Shown: positions 43,630 to 53,666, numbered from the stretch's first letter. The stretch: DNA of 64,000 bases from Clostridia bacterium (GCA_017525875.1 JAFXSG010000004.1:76738-140737); one strand, 5' to 3'. Made by a program: numbers and translations. Notes: generated from the letters alone by a model not told the origin.

Positions 43630-46566
43630 TCACTGATCGCCGTCCGTCGGCATATCGCCGCCGAAGAGCTGATTGAAATCGGCCGCGGTGATCAGCACGT
43701 TGCGCGGCTTCGCGCCGTCGCCCTTGGTGATATAGCCCCTCTGCTCCATGCAGTCGATCAGGTTGCCCGCACGGGAGTAGCCGATGCGCAGGCGGCGCTG
43801 CAGCATGGAGATGGAGGCCTGCTTGTTTTCGATAACGAGGCGCAGCGCGTCGGGAAGCATATCGTCGTCCTCCTTGTTCGCGGCCGGACTTCCCGCCTGG
43901 CCGCCGGTGGAGATCTCCGTGATATCCATTTTGAAAACAGGCTTCTGCGAGGTGGTGGTCGCAAAAAACTCCGCGACCGCTTCGACCTCCTCATCGCTCA
44001 CGAAAGCGCCCTGCGCGCGGGTGGGCTTGCTCGCGCCGTTCGGGTGGAACAGCATATCGCCTCTGCCGAGCAGCTTTTCGGCGCCGGTCGTGTCCAGAAT
44101 GACGCGGGAGTCCGTGCCGTTCGAGACCGCGAACGCGATGCGGGAGGGAATGTTCGCCTTGATAAGGCCGGTGATGACGTCCACCGACGGGCGCTGTGTG
44201 GCGACGATCAGGTGGATGCCGCAGGCACGGCCGAGCTGCGCGATGCGGCAGATGGAGTCTTCAACGTCCTTCGCGGCAACGAGCATGAGGTCGGCAAGCT
44301 CGTCGATGATGATCATCAGGCGGGGCCAGCGCTCGTTCTCGTCCTTCTGAACGGCGTTAAAGCGGTCGATATCCCTTGCGTGGAACTCAGCCATCTTTTT
44401 ATATCGGGCGTCCATCTCGTTGACGGCCCAGCGCAGCGCGCTCGCCGCCTTCTTGGGCTCCGTCACGACGGGGCAGAACAGATGGGGCAGCGTTTGGAAG
44501 ATCGAAAGCTCGACCACCTTCGGGTCGATCAGGATCATGCGGACGTCCTTCGGGGAGGACTTATAGACGGCGCTCAGAATGATGCCGTTGATGCAGACGG
44601 ATTTACCGGAACCGGTCTGGCCCGCAACGAGCATGTGGGGCATTTTGCTGAGGTCTCCGAGCACGACCTTGCCGGCGATATCCTTGCCGAGGGCGAAGGT
44701 CAGCGGGGACCTCGCGTTCTGGAACTCGCTCGATTCAAACAGCTCGCGCAGGTAAACCGTAATGGTGCTGGAATTCGGGATCTCGATGCCGATCGCGGAT
44801 TTGCCGGGGATCGGCGCCTCGATGCGCACCCTCGGCGCGGCGAGCGCAAGAGCGATATCGTTGCTGAGCGAGGTGATCTTGCTCACGCGGATGCCCTGTG
44901 CGGGCTGGAGCTCGAAGCGCGTGATGACGGGGCCGACGCTGATATTGACGATCTTCGCCGAGATGTTGAAGCTCCTGAGCGATTCGATGAGCAGCCGCGC
45001 CTTCTCCTCCGGCGGTTCGGACGCGACGGACGTGGTCGGGTCGGGCAGCTTCAGCAGGTCGAGAGGCGGACGCTGGTATTCGATGACGACCGGATTCTCG
45101 GTGATGGCGTCGCCGTCTCCGGTCTCCGTGCTTTCGTTCTCGGGCTTCTTGGGCTTCTCTTTCCCGGCCTCTTCGCCTGTGCCGTCGTCATAAGTGACGG
45201 GGATGGTCTCGGTCATAACGGGCTCCGCAGTCTCGTCCCCTGCGGGGATGGGATCGGCGTGCTCGGGATCGTCATAGCGGGAGATCACAACGCCGTCGAG
45301 GATATCATTATCGGGCACGTCAGCGGGGATGGCGTTTGCAGGATCGACGGAGGGGGAGTCGAGCAGCTCTCCGTCCGCGGGCTTCCTGATGGGGATGCGG
45401 TGGCGGGGCTTCGCGGGAACGGATACCCAGTCGCCGTAGTTGCCGCTTTCAACGTTGAAGCTGTCCTTGAGCTCGCCGCTGTTTTTATCGCGCCTGCGTG
45501 CGGAGGATCTTCCGGTCTCGAGCGGGCCGGAAACGGGGAGAAAGTCGAGCTCGCCCTCGTGCTTGTTCTTACTGCCGCCAAACCTTACGCGGTGGCGGCC
45601 GGCGCTGCGGTCTGCGGAGGGTTCGGCTTCGGTCCTGCCTGCGGGGCGCTTCGTGCCGGCAGACCTGCCGTAGTCGTAGTCGGTGTCGCCGGCGGTCAGC
45701 GGGTCTCCGGAGTGGGGGATGAATTCCTCGTCCTCCTGCTCGTCGGGAACAGGCTCGTTCCTGCGCGTTTTCTTGCCGTCGTCAGTAAGCTGCTCGTTAT
45801 AGGGCTTGCGTTTTTCGCGGCGCGCGGCGGCGTCGTTCACGTATGCGGTGTGCAGCTCGCGGGCGTAGTTGCCGATCGAAAAATGGGTCAGCAGCAGCGC
45901 GGCGATGATGATGACGCCGATCAGGGCGACGATCGAACCGACCTTGCCGAGCAACAGAACAAAGAGATAGGCCACAAGTCCGCCGAAGAAGCCGCCGCCG
46001 CGGTGCGCCTTGCCGTAAGTGATCGCGTCGGAGACCGCATCGCCGAATTTAGCGCCCACAAGAGCGCTGCCGCGGGTGATGACGTGGATAAGGCCGAGCA
46101 CGGCAAACAGTATCACAATAATGCTGATCACGGTGCCCGGGCGCAGCTCGCCGTCAGGAACGGCGATGAGCATGACGCCGAGCCCGATGAGGATAACGGG
46201 GACGGCATAGGTCATGATGCCGAACAGGCCGAACAGCAGCGGCGCCGCGGCGGAAAGCAAACCGCTCGAGCCGAAATAGCAGAATATGCCGAGCAAAATG
46301 CCGAGGATCACGAGCACCACGCCGAAGATCTCGCGCCCGGTGTCGATCCTGTCGCGCGGGGCGGCGGAGCGGGAACGGCCGCGGCTTGAGGACGGGGACC
46401 GCCCGCCGGAGGAAGCGGATCTGCCGCCGGAGGACGCGGACCTGCTGCCGTAAGCGCGCGCGGTCGAAACGGCCGTTTTCTTTTTGCCGCCGCCGGAGCT
46501 TCCTACCGATCGGGAGCCGCCTCTGCCGGCCGGTTTTTTATTTGAAGTTGTTTTCGTGTTTGCCAT
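43630..46566 (-). CDS. ftsK: DNA translocase FtsK/SpoIIIE
   Basis: Start ATG 46566 (GAAAGGTG upstream). N-terminal TM helices, long disordered linker, Walker A VAGQTGSGKSV, C-terminal gamma winged helix (ASISMLQRRLRIGYSRAGNLID). Confidence 0.92.
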   Translation of the reverse strand: MANTKTTSNKKPAGRGGSRSVGSSGGGKKKTAVSTARAYGSRSASSGGRSASSGGRSPSSSRGRSRSAAPRDRIDTGREIFGVVLVILGILLGIFCYFGSSGLLSAAAPLLFGLFGIMTYAVPVILIGLGVMLIAVPDGELRPGTVISIIVILFAVLGLIHVITRGSALVGAKFGDAVSDAITYGKAHRGGGFFGGLVAYLFVLLLGKVGSIVALIGVIIIAALLLTHFSIGNYARELHTAYVNDAAARREKRKPYNEQLTDDGKKTRRNEPVPDEQEDEEFIPHSGDPLTAGDTDYDYGRSAGTKRPAGRTEAEPSADRSAGRHRVRFGGSKNKHEGELDFLPVSGPLETGRSSARRRDKNSGELKDSFNVESGNYGDWVSVPAKPRHRIPIRKPADGELLDSPSVDPANAIPADVPDNDILDGVVISRYDDPEHADPIPAGDETAEPVMTETIPVTYDDGTGEEAGKEKPKKPENESTETGDGDAITENPVVIEYQRPPLDLLKLPDPTTSVASEPPEEKARLLIESLRSFNISAKIVNISVGPVITRFELQPAQGIRVSKITSLSNDIALALAAPRVRIEAPIPGKSAIGIEIPNSSTITVYLRELFESSEFQNARSPLTFALGKDIAGKVVLGDLSKMPHMLVAGQTGSGKSVCINGIILSAVYKSSPKDVRMILIDPKVVELSIFQTLPHLFCPVVTEPKKAASALRWAVNEMDARYKKMAEFHARDIDRFNAVQKDENERWPRLMIIIDELADLMLVAAKDVEDSICRIAQLGRACGIHLIVATQRPSVDVITGLIKANIPSRIAFAVSNGTDSRVILDTTGAEKLLGRGDMLFHPNGASKPTRAQGAFVSDEEVEAVAEFFATTTSQKPVFKMDITEISTGGQAGSPAANKEDDDMLPDALRLVIENKQASISMLQRRLRIGYSRAGNLIDCMEQRGYITKGDGAKPRNVLITAADFNQLFGGDMPTDGDQ

Positions 46567-46731
46567 TGTTTCACACCTTTCAGGGAATAACGAATTATGA
46601 AACATGCACGGCCAAGCCTTATGGAGCGCGGCAAGAGCGGTGCAAACTTACATATACTACCATTTTGTATTATACAGCAAACTGCAGAAAATTGGAAGTG
46701 CTTATAGATCGCGGAAAATTATCGGGGTACG

Positions 46732-46757
46732 AAAAAGCGCACCGGGCGGCGGTGCGC
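46732..46757 (-). terminator. Terminator after the zinc-ribbon membrane protein gene
   Basis: Minus-strand GCGCACCG-ccgcc-CGGTGCGC, then TTTTT. Confidence 0.7.
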
Positions 46758-46777
46758 TCTCGGAAGATCGGGACGGA

Positions 46778-47245
46778 TCAGAACAAATGCTCGATCTGGT
46801 ACTGGAGCCGTTCCAAAAAGCCGGTGCTCCTGCCGAGGGCAAGCATTACCAGGAGGAAGGTGATGAACACGGCCGCGGCGATCAGCAGCGCGCAGAAGAA
46901 GCTGCGGGCATAGTTGCGGCGGTTGATATTGGTCTTTTTGAAGCTGAAGACGATGAGGAAGACAAAGCCGACGATCGGCACGGCGAAGAGCAGGTTGAGC
47001 CCGAAATACGCCCAGGGGCTGAGCGGCTTGTACTGGTCGGGAAGATCGGCTGCCGCCACGGGCGCGGTCCGCGAGGGAGCGGTGTAGGGCTGAGGCACGG
47101 GCTGGGGCACGGGCTGAGGAGCGGGCTGAGGAGCGGGCTGGCTGACAGGCGCAGCTTTTGCAGGATCTTCAACGGCGCAGCCGCAGTTCGGGCAGACCAG
47201 GTAATGGTCTTCGAGTTTGAAGCCGCATTTGGTGCAGAATTTCAT
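46778..47245 (-). CDS. Zinc-ribbon membrane protein with a P-Q-rich spacer
   Basis: MKFCTKCGFKL..CPNCG zinc ribbon, PAPQPAPQPVPQPVPQP spacer, two TM helices. Confidence 0.7.
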   Translation of the reverse strand: MKFCTKCGFKLEDHYLVCPNCGCAVEDPAKAAPVSQPAPQPAPQPVPQPVPQPYTAPSRTAPVAAADLPDQYKPLSPWAYFGLNLLFAVPIVGFVFLIVFSFKKTNINRRNYARSFFCALLIAAAVFITFLLVMLALGRSTGFLERLQYQIEHLF

Positions 47246-47478
47246 GGTTTTGATCCTTTCCTGATATTATTTGCCGGTCCGGCGCCTGCAAGATCGACGC
47301 GCTGCCGGCGGCAGCGGCAAATTCATGAAGTCCGAAATGATATTCTCAGGCTTTCCTCCGTGTTTGCAGGGCTGCCGATAACAAATCAAGTATATTATAC
47401 GATAAGCGGGGCGCACTGTCAACAACCCGCGCCGAAAACGCAGGAGACAGGACACTTTTTCAAATGCGGCCCGAACTA

Positions 47479-47508
47479 TTGACGGGGGGAGTTTTTCCAT
47501 GGTAAGAT
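47479..47508 (+). promoter_or_regulatory. Promoter candidate for the S8 protease gene
   Basis: TTGACG (47479-47484), 18-nt spacer, TAAGAT (47503-47508). Confidence 0.45.
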
Positions 47509-47557
47509 TACTCCCGTAATACTCCGCTCCGCCGGACGAACAACAGGAGGACTTCCC

Positions 47558-50167
47558 ATGAAACTCAGAAAGTTTGCGGCACTTATCGTCGTGCTCGCAT
47601 TCTGCATCGTAATGATCCCCGCCGTCACTGCCGAAAAGGCGGAGACGGCCGAAAGCAGCGAAGCGCGCATCGCGGAACTGCTCGACTTTGCTTCCCGCCT
47701 GAAGAAAATGGAGAAGGCGTATGCCCCGAAGATCGACAACAAAGCGGAGGCCATGAACGATCCCTACGCAAATGCGAGAATCATCGTCAAGTATGCGGGC
47801 GAGCTCGATTATTCCGGCTCCTGCGCGCACGTGAGCGGCTATAACGACCGGCACGTCATCCAGTACCGCACTCCCGAAGAGGCGAAGGCCGCAGCGGAGA
47901 AGTACGCGAAGCTCGACGGCGTTGAGTATGCCGCGCCGGATCAGATCATGGAGATCGCCCAGACCCCGCACAACAATACCTTCCTCTCCTGGGGCTTCGG
48001 CGCGAACTACGTGGACGCGTTCAACTATAACGAATGGCTGCTCGAGCAGGTCGATCTTTCCGCTCTGCCCGAGATCGTCGTCGGCGTCTGCGATACCGGC
48101 GTGGACAGCGACCATGAGTTCCTCGTCGGCCGTCTTGCTTCCGGCGGCTACGATTTCGTGAACAACGACAATGACCCCGAGGACGAGCACTACCACGGCA
48201 CGCATGTTTCCGGCACCGTCATCGACGGCACGCTGCCGAACGTGAAGGTCATGGGCATCCGCGTGCTCGATGCGGACGGCTACGGCGACACGATCGACAT
48301 CGTGAACGGCATGGAATACGCCAACCTGCACGGCTGCAAGGTCTGCAACCTGAGCCTGCGCGGCCCGAGGGACGACAGCAGCTATCAGATGTATTCGGAG
48401 GTCATCAACACGGGCTCCGATAACGGCACCGTGTACTGCATCGCTTCCGGCAACGACGGCGGCAGCTCCGAGGAATGGGTCCCCGGCAGCATCGCGCGTT
48501 CCTTCACCGTTGCCGCGCATGACGACTACAACTCAATGGCTTATTTCTCCAACGTCGGCCCGAGCGTGGATATCACGGCGCCCGGCGTGAATATCCGCAG
48601 CGCGGCCAAGGGCGGCGGCTACCGCAACCTGGACGGCACCAGCATGGCCACCCCCCACGTCGCGGCGGCGTGCGCTATGCTTCTCAGTTTCTCGCCCGAG
48701 CTTGCTCCGGATGACGTCGTCACAACGATCAAGGGCGCAGCGGTGGACGTCGGCCTCACGGGCGGCGGCGCAGGCGTTCTGAACGTTACCGACCTGCTCA
48801 AATACGACAATATCCTGAACGGCGAGGGGAGCAGGATCCACTTCACCTCCGGCGGGAACTATCCCTGGGCGACCGACGAAACGAGCGCGTTCAGCACCAA
48901 CAGCGGCGTGAACAGCTCCGTTTCCACGATCACGAGCCGCGTTTTCCTCGGCGCGTATCAGGAGATTAGCTTTGAATACAAGGTCTCCTCCGAGCAGGAT
49001 CACGACGCGCTCAGCTTCAAGGCGAACGGCCAGGAGCTGATGACTGCGAGCGGCGAGACCGGCTGGCAGACATACACCGGCGTGATCCCGATGAGCGGCA
49101 CCGTGCAGCTCGCTTGGGAGTACTCGAAGAACGCTTCGGGCAGCGCGGGGCAGGATAAAGCATGGATCCGCAACGTCATTATGACCAAAACGCTCAGCTC
49201 CGTCGCGAACGACGACGGCTCCGAACTGCTTTTCGCGAGCGAGGGCAGCTATCCCTGGGTCATCGACGGCGACGCGATCAAGAGCGGCAATGCGGGCGTG
49301 AACAATTCCTCTTCGGAGGTCTCGACCACCATGCACATGCCGGAAGGGCTTTCCTTCGCGTTCCAGTACAAGGCTGAGTGCGGCACGGGCGATAAGTTCG
49401 AGTTCCTCGTCAACGGAACGACCGAGCTGACCGTCTCTGCTTCCGCCGGGTGGACCTCGTTTGAATACCTCGCTCCGTCCACCGGCGATTACACCTTCAC
49501 CTTCCGCTACGTCAAGAACGGCTCGGGCAGCACCGGCGCGGACGCCGCGTGGATCAGGAAAGCAAAGACGATCGCGAGCATCAGCTACGTGCTGAACGTT
49601 GAAAACGGCAGGCTCTCGTTCGACAACAACGGGCTCTATCCCTGGAACGTGGAGAACAGCTACGCGGTGAGCGGCAACCAGAACGTCGCTTCGAGCAGCT
49701 CGTCCATCTGCCTCATCGTGAATATGCACACGGGCGACGCGCTCACTTTCCGCTATAAGGTCAGCAGCGAGAACAATTACGACTGGTATAACTTCTACGC
49801 GAACGGCCAGCAGATGTTCCATTACTCGGGCAACGTAAACTGGAGCACCTATACCTATACGGCGCAGCAAGACGGCAGCTATACCTTCGAATGGCGCTAC
49901 GAAAAGGACTACAGCGTCAACGGCGGCAGCGACTGCGCGTATCTTGACGACGTGGAGCTGATCACCTCCGAGCCTTCCTTCATTCCGGGAGACTGCGACG
50001 GCGACGGTTCGGTCACCGTTTCGGACGCGCTGCTTGCGATGCGCTACGCAATGGGTCTGATCGGCGCGGACGAGCTCGATATCGACGCTGCGAATATTGA
50101 CGGCAGCGGCACGGTGGATATCTCCGACGCGCTGACCATCCTGCGTATGGCGATGGGCACGGTGTGA
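47558..50167 (+). CDS. Secreted S8 (subtilisin-family) serine protease with three unassigned ~120-aa modules and a C-terminal dockerin
   Basis: Signal peptide. I9-like propeptide. Catalytic D (VGVCDTGVD), H (HGTHVSGT) and S (GTSMATPHVAA). Modules at nt 48821-49186, 49214-49567 and 49589-49963. Dockerin GDCDGDGSVTVSDALLAMR / ANIDGSGTVDISDALTILR (nt 49982-50161). Confidence 0.88.
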   Translation: MKLRKFAALIVVLAFCIVMIPAVTAEKAETAESSEARIAELLDFASRLKKMEKAYAPKIDNKAEAMNDPYANARIIVKYAGELDYSGSCAHVSGYNDRHVIQYRTPEEAKAAAEKYAKLDGVEYAAPDQIMEIAQTPHNNTFLSWGFGANYVDAFNYNEWLLEQVDLSALPEIVVGVCDTGVDSDHEFLVGRLASGGYDFVNNDNDPEDEHYHGTHVSGTVIDGTLPNVKVMGIRVLDADGYGDTIDIVNGMEYANLHGCKVCNLSLRGPRDDSSYQMYSEVINTGSDNGTVYCIASGNDGGSSEEWVPGSIARSFTVAAHDDYNSMAYFSNVGPSVDITAPGVNIRSAAKGGGYRNLDGTSMATPHVAAACAMLLSFSPELAPDDVVTTIKGAAVDVGLTGGGAGVLNVTDLLKYDNILNGEGSRIHFTSGGNYPWATDETSAFSTNSGVNSSVSTITSRVFLGAYQEISFEYKVSSEQDHDALSFKANGQELMTASGETGWQTYTGVIPMSGTVQLAWEYSKNASGSAGQDKAWIRNVIMTKTLSSVANDDGSELLFASEGSYPWVIDGDAIKSGNAGVNNSSSEVSTTMHMPEGLSFAFQYKAECGTGDKFEFLVNGTTELTVSASAGWTSFEYLAPSTGDYTFTFRYVKNGSGSTGADAAWIRKAKTIASISYVLNVENGRLSFDNNGLYPWNVENSYAVSGNQNVASSSSSICLIVNMHTGDALTFRYKVSSENNYDWYNFYANGQQMFHYSGNVNWSTYTYTAQQDGSYTFEWRYEKDYSVNGGSDCAYLDDVELITSEPSFIPGDCDGDGSVTVSDALLAMRYAMGLIGADELDIDAANIDGSGTVDISDALTILRMAMGTV

Positions 50168-50193
50168 CGCGATATAAACAAAAACGATCCGCG

Positions 50194-50225
50194 CGGGGCA
50201 GCCGGAAGGCTGCCCCGTTCGTTAT
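50194..50225 (+). terminator. Hairpin after the protease gene
   Basis: CGGGGCAGCC-ggaa-GGCTGCCCCG. Only a weak T-tract follows. Confidence 0.5.
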
Positions 50226-50277
50226 ATTCGGGGAAAAGGGAAAAGCAGGGGAAGCTTCGGGAGCTTACAAATTCCGA

Positions 50278-50305
50278 TTGACTTATAGCCCAAAATGCTT
50301 ATAAT
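50278..50305 (+). promoter_or_regulatory. Promoter candidate for the DUF2232-rplI-dnaB operon
   Basis: TTGACT (50278-50283), 16-nt spacer, TATAAT (50300-50305). Confidence 0.55.
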
Positions 50306-50354
50306 TATAAATGTGGAAATGGCACCTGTGTGCCTTTCTGCCGGTGTTTAAACG

Positions 50355-51494
50355 ATGAAGACAGAATTTTCTTTCAAAAAATTTATATGGGCTCTGCTCA
50401 TAGGCCTGGGCGGCGCGCTCGCGGCAAACTTCAATCTGCCCTTACTGATCCCCGCTGCGGCGGCGATCGGCTTCATGGGCGCGTGCTGGGGCGTGAGCTA
50501 TGCGCTCGTTGCGCTCGCGTTCACGGCGGGCGGCGCGGCGCTTGAGTTCAGCACGGACCTCATCTCCCTTATCTCGGCCGAGGCGGCGATCGTGCTCCCG
50601 TCCGTTATGCTGATCGTCGGGCTCAGGAAAAAGCTGCCCTACCGCCTCATAACGGCGGCCATCGCGGTGATCGTGCTGGCGGCGCTCTACTGCGGGCTCA
50701 GCCTGCCAGGGATCATCGCCGGCGGCGAACCGTTCGACTGGGCGTTAGAACTGCTCGACGCGTATAGGGCGATCGGCGAACAGTACGGTTACGTGCCGAC
50801 GGGCCTCGTGGAGCTTCGCGATATGCTTCCCGTGGTCTATTACGGCGTGCTGATAATCATCGCGGAGGGCGCGGCGTTCATTATGGTGCTGCTTTCCAAG
50901 CTGTTCTGCGGCAAAAAGAATGAGGCCGTACGACCGATGGCGAGATTCATCGAGTGGCATCTGCCCTCAAGCCTCAGGATCGGCCTGCCGGTGCTCGCGG
51001 CCGGCATCCTCATCATGTACGTCGCCCGCTTCGGCGGAGCGCCCACGATGCTTGCGACCGTCGGCTATATGCTGCTGCCGCTGCTTGTCGCGGGAGGCCT
51101 CGCCACACTGATCTACGTCGTAACGCGGCGGCCGGGAAGCGGCTTCTACGTGGTGCTTGCGGTGCTGATCTCGGTGCTTATGCCGCTCTTTGCGGCCGCG
51201 ATAGGCGTGGTCGACCTCTACGCGGGCGTCAGGCGCAGGTTCATGAGGACCGATAAGCTGATCCGCGAGGCGTTCGAAAGAGCGGAGAAGACCAAATCCA
51301 ACACCGTGACCGTCGATTTCGGCGACGGGCGCGGGCCGCAGGTGATCGCGGTGCGCAAAAAGGTGAGCGAAGACGCGTTTTTCGACGGGCGGAACGAGAA
51401 ACCCAAGACCGGGACGCCTGAAGAAAAGAAAACCGATAAACCAGGGGAGACCCCCGATAAAAGCGAAGAAAACGACGGAGGTGAAGACCAATGA
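50355..51494 (+). CDS. DUF2232 (YybS-like) polytopic membrane protein with a charged C-terminal tail
   Basis: Multiple TM helices. Lies directly upstream of rplI-dnaB, as yybS does in Bacillus. Stop overlaps the rplI start (ATGA). No clear RBS at 50355, so the start is uncertain. Confidence 0.55.
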   Translation: MKTEFSFKKFIWALLIGLGGALAANFNLPLLIPAAAAIGFMGACWGVSYALVALAFTAGGAALEFSTDLISLISAEAAIVLPSVMLIVGLRKKLPYRLITAAIAVIVLAALYCGLSLPGIIAGGEPFDWALELLDAYRAIGEQYGYVPTGLVELRDMLPVVYYGVLIIIAEGAAFIMVLLSKLFCGKKNEAVRPMARFIEWHLPSSLRIGLPVLAAGILIMYVARFGGAPTMLATVGYMLLPLLVAGGLATLIYVVTRRPGSGFYVVLAVLISVLMPLFAAAIGVVDLYAGVRRRFMRTDKLIREAFERAEKTKSNTVTVDFGDGRGPQVIAVRKKVSEDAFFDGRNEKPKTGTPEEKKTDKPGETPDKSEENDGGEDQ

Positions 51495-51943
51495 AGGTAA
51501 TGCTTAAAAAGGACGTACACGGCAGCGGCAAAGAGGGCGACATCGTCACCGTCAGCGACGGCTACGCCAACAACTACCTGATCCCCAAGGGCCTTGCCGT
51601 CCCCGCGGACGCGGGCACGATCAACGCCGCGAACATCAAAAAGCAGGCGGCGAAGCACCGCGTCGAGGTGCAGCGCAAGAACGCGAAGGCGCTTGCCGCG
51701 GACATGAGCAAGCTGTCCGTCAAAGTCTATACCAAGTGCGGCGAAAACGGCCGCCTGTTCGGCGCGATCACCGGCAAGGAGATCTCCGCCGCGCTCAAGG
51801 AGCAGTTCGATATCGACTGCGACAAGAAAAAGATCCGCATCGACGAGCCCATCAAGGCGATCGGCGTCTACACGGTCAGCGCGCATCTTTTCGAGCAGAC
51901 CGATTCAAGCTTCAAGGTGGAAGTGCTGCCCCTCGAGCAGTAA
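51491..51943 (+). CDS. rplI: 50S ribosomal protein L9
   Basis: MKVMLKKDVHGSGKEGDIVTVSDGYANNYLIPKGLAV. 150 aa. GGAGGTG RBS. Confidence 0.95.
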   Translation: MKVMLKKDVHGSGKEGDIVTVSDGYANNYLIPKGLAVPADAGTINAANIKKQAAKHRVEVQRKNAKALAADMSKLSVKVYTKCGENGRLFGAITGKEISAALKEQFDIDCDKKKIRIDEPIKAIGVYTVSAHLFEQTDSSFKVEVLPLEQ

Positions 51944-51981
51944 GGCTTTGATCCCCGCTGCCCGGAAGGAGGGCAGAACCT

Positions 51982-53325
51982 ATGGAAGAAAACACAAACC
52001 TGATCCCTCACAGCAACGACGCGGAAAAATCCGTGCTCGGCAGCGTCCTCATCTCCCACGCGGCGGCGGAGTATGCGCTCGAAGCGCTGCGTGCGGACGA
52101 TTTCTTTTCCGTCGCGCACAGGGATATCTTCACGGCTATGGAAGCCCTGTATAACTCGGGCAAGACCATAGACGTCGTCACCCTCACCGACATGCTCGAC
52201 AGGCAGGGCAAGCTGGACGCCGTGGGCGGGCCGGCCTATATCGGCGAGCTCGGCATCTACACGCCCGTACCATCGAATATCGAGCACTACGTCAAGATCG
52301 TCGAGAACCATTCCGTCCGCAGGAAGCTGATCAACGTGGGCTCGAACATCGCGAAGGAAGCGACCGAGAGCGCGAGGGATTCGGAGGCGATCATCGATGA
52401 GGCGGAGCGCCGGATCTACAACATCGCCATGCGCAAGACCGCGGACTCGATGGAGCGCATAGGTTCGATCTATTCGAGGGTCTATAATCAGATCGGCGAA
52501 CTGATCCAGCTCAAAGGCAAGCGCACCGGCATCCCGACCGGCCTTGCGGAGCTGGACGAGCTTACCTCAGGCCTGCAGCGCAGCGATCTCGTGGTCGTCG
52601 CGGGCCGACCGTCCGCCGGTAAATCCGCGTTCGCGTTCGGCATCGCCGCGCACGCCGCGATCCGCGAAAAGGCGAACGTGGCCATATTCAGCCTTGAAAT
52701 GAGCAAGGAACAGATCGTCATGCGTATCATGTCCGGCGAGGCCGGCATCAATATGCAGAAGATCCGCACGGGCGAGCTTGAGGCGGAGGAGATCCTCCGC
52801 ATCGCGGACAGGTTCAACACCGTCGGCGAAGCAAGCATCATGATCGACGACACGCCGGGCATGAGCGTTGCGGATATCCGCACGAAGAGCCGCAGGATGA
52901 AGGCGGCGCACGGGCTCGATATCATCGTGATCGACTATCTGCAGCTCATACAGGGCGGCGGCCAGAGCAGCGATTCGAGGGTCCAGGTCGTTGCGGACAT
53001 GACGCGCGCGCTCAAGCTGCTCGCAAGGGAGCTGAACGTGACGGTCATCCTGCTTTCCCAGCTCTCGCGTGAGCCGGACAAGCGCAAGGACCACACGCCG
53101 CTCATGAGCGACCTTCGCGAGTCGGGCTCCATCGAGCAGGACGCGGACGTCATCATGATGCTCTACCGCCCCGCATCGTATCCGGAAACGCAGGAGGCGG
53201 CGGACGGCGACAACACCTCCTATATCAACGTCGCCAAGCACAGGAACGGCGCCACGGCGAATATCCGCGTGATGTGGGTGCCGGAGGTCGCAAAATACAC
53301 GAACTACGCTTCCGATCCGGAGTAA
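51982..53325 (+). CDS. dnaB: Replicative DNA helicase (DnaB family)
   Basis: IPHSNDAEKSVLGSVL N-domain, Walker A GRPSAGKSAF, IVIDYLQLI, SQLSR, SGSIEQDADV. Confidence 0.95.
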   Translation: MEENTNLIPHSNDAEKSVLGSVLISHAAAEYALEALRADDFFSVAHRDIFTAMEALYNSGKTIDVVTLTDMLDRQGKLDAVGGPAYIGELGIYTPVPSNIEHYVKIVENHSVRRKLINVGSNIAKEATESARDSEAIIDEAERRIYNIAMRKTADSMERIGSIYSRVYNQIGELIQLKGKRTGIPTGLAELDELTSGLQRSDLVVVAGRPSAGKSAFAFGIAAHAAIREKANVAIFSLEMSKEQIVMRIMSGEAGINMQKIRTGELEAEEILRIADRFNTVGEASIMIDDTPGMSVADIRTKSRRMKAAHGLDIIVIDYLQLIQGGGQSSDSRVQVVADMTRALKLLARELNVTVILLSQLSREPDKRKDHTPLMSDLRESGSIEQDADVIMMLYRPASYPETQEAADGDNTSYINVAKHRNGATANIRVMWVPEVAKYTNYASDPE

Positions 53326-53332
53326 AGAGTAA

Positions 53333-53517
53333 AGCTAAATTCGCCGTGAACGGCGAGCTAAATTATTCTTCGCATAGCTAAATTTGCTTCGCAAGCTAAA
53401 TTCGGCTCCGCCGAGCTATAAGAGGCGAATTTAATTTAGCTGAAAACCGCAGGTTTTCAATTTAGCTGAAGCTGCAAGGCTTCAATTTAGCTGCAAGCGT
53501 CAGCGAGCAATTTAGCT
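53333..53517. repeat. AGCTAAATT 'ladder' element, copy 2 (185 bp)
   Basis: AGCTAAATT at 53333, 53356, 53376 and 53394. Centre AGCT-ataaga-GGCGAATTTAATTTAGCT at 53414-53441. AATTTAGCT at 53433, 53459, 53484 and 53509. Begins 8 nt after the dnaB stop. Confidence 0.9.
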
Positions 53518-53536
53518 GAAATATAACGAAAATAAA

Positions 53537-53571
53537 GGACAGACCGAAGCTTCGGTCTGTTCTTTCGTTTT
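53537..53571 (+). terminator. Rho-independent terminator downstream of dnaB and the ladder element
   Basis: GGACAGACCG-aagctt-CGGTCTGTTC stem, then TTTCGTTTT. Confidence 0.7.
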
Positions 53572-53666
53572 GAATAGTGCGCGCTTGCACTTTTCGCAAA
53601 CGTGCGGTTAAAGCTTCCTTAATGAAGGCCGGCTGACGCGGGATTTTTATTGCCATAAATTGCGCT

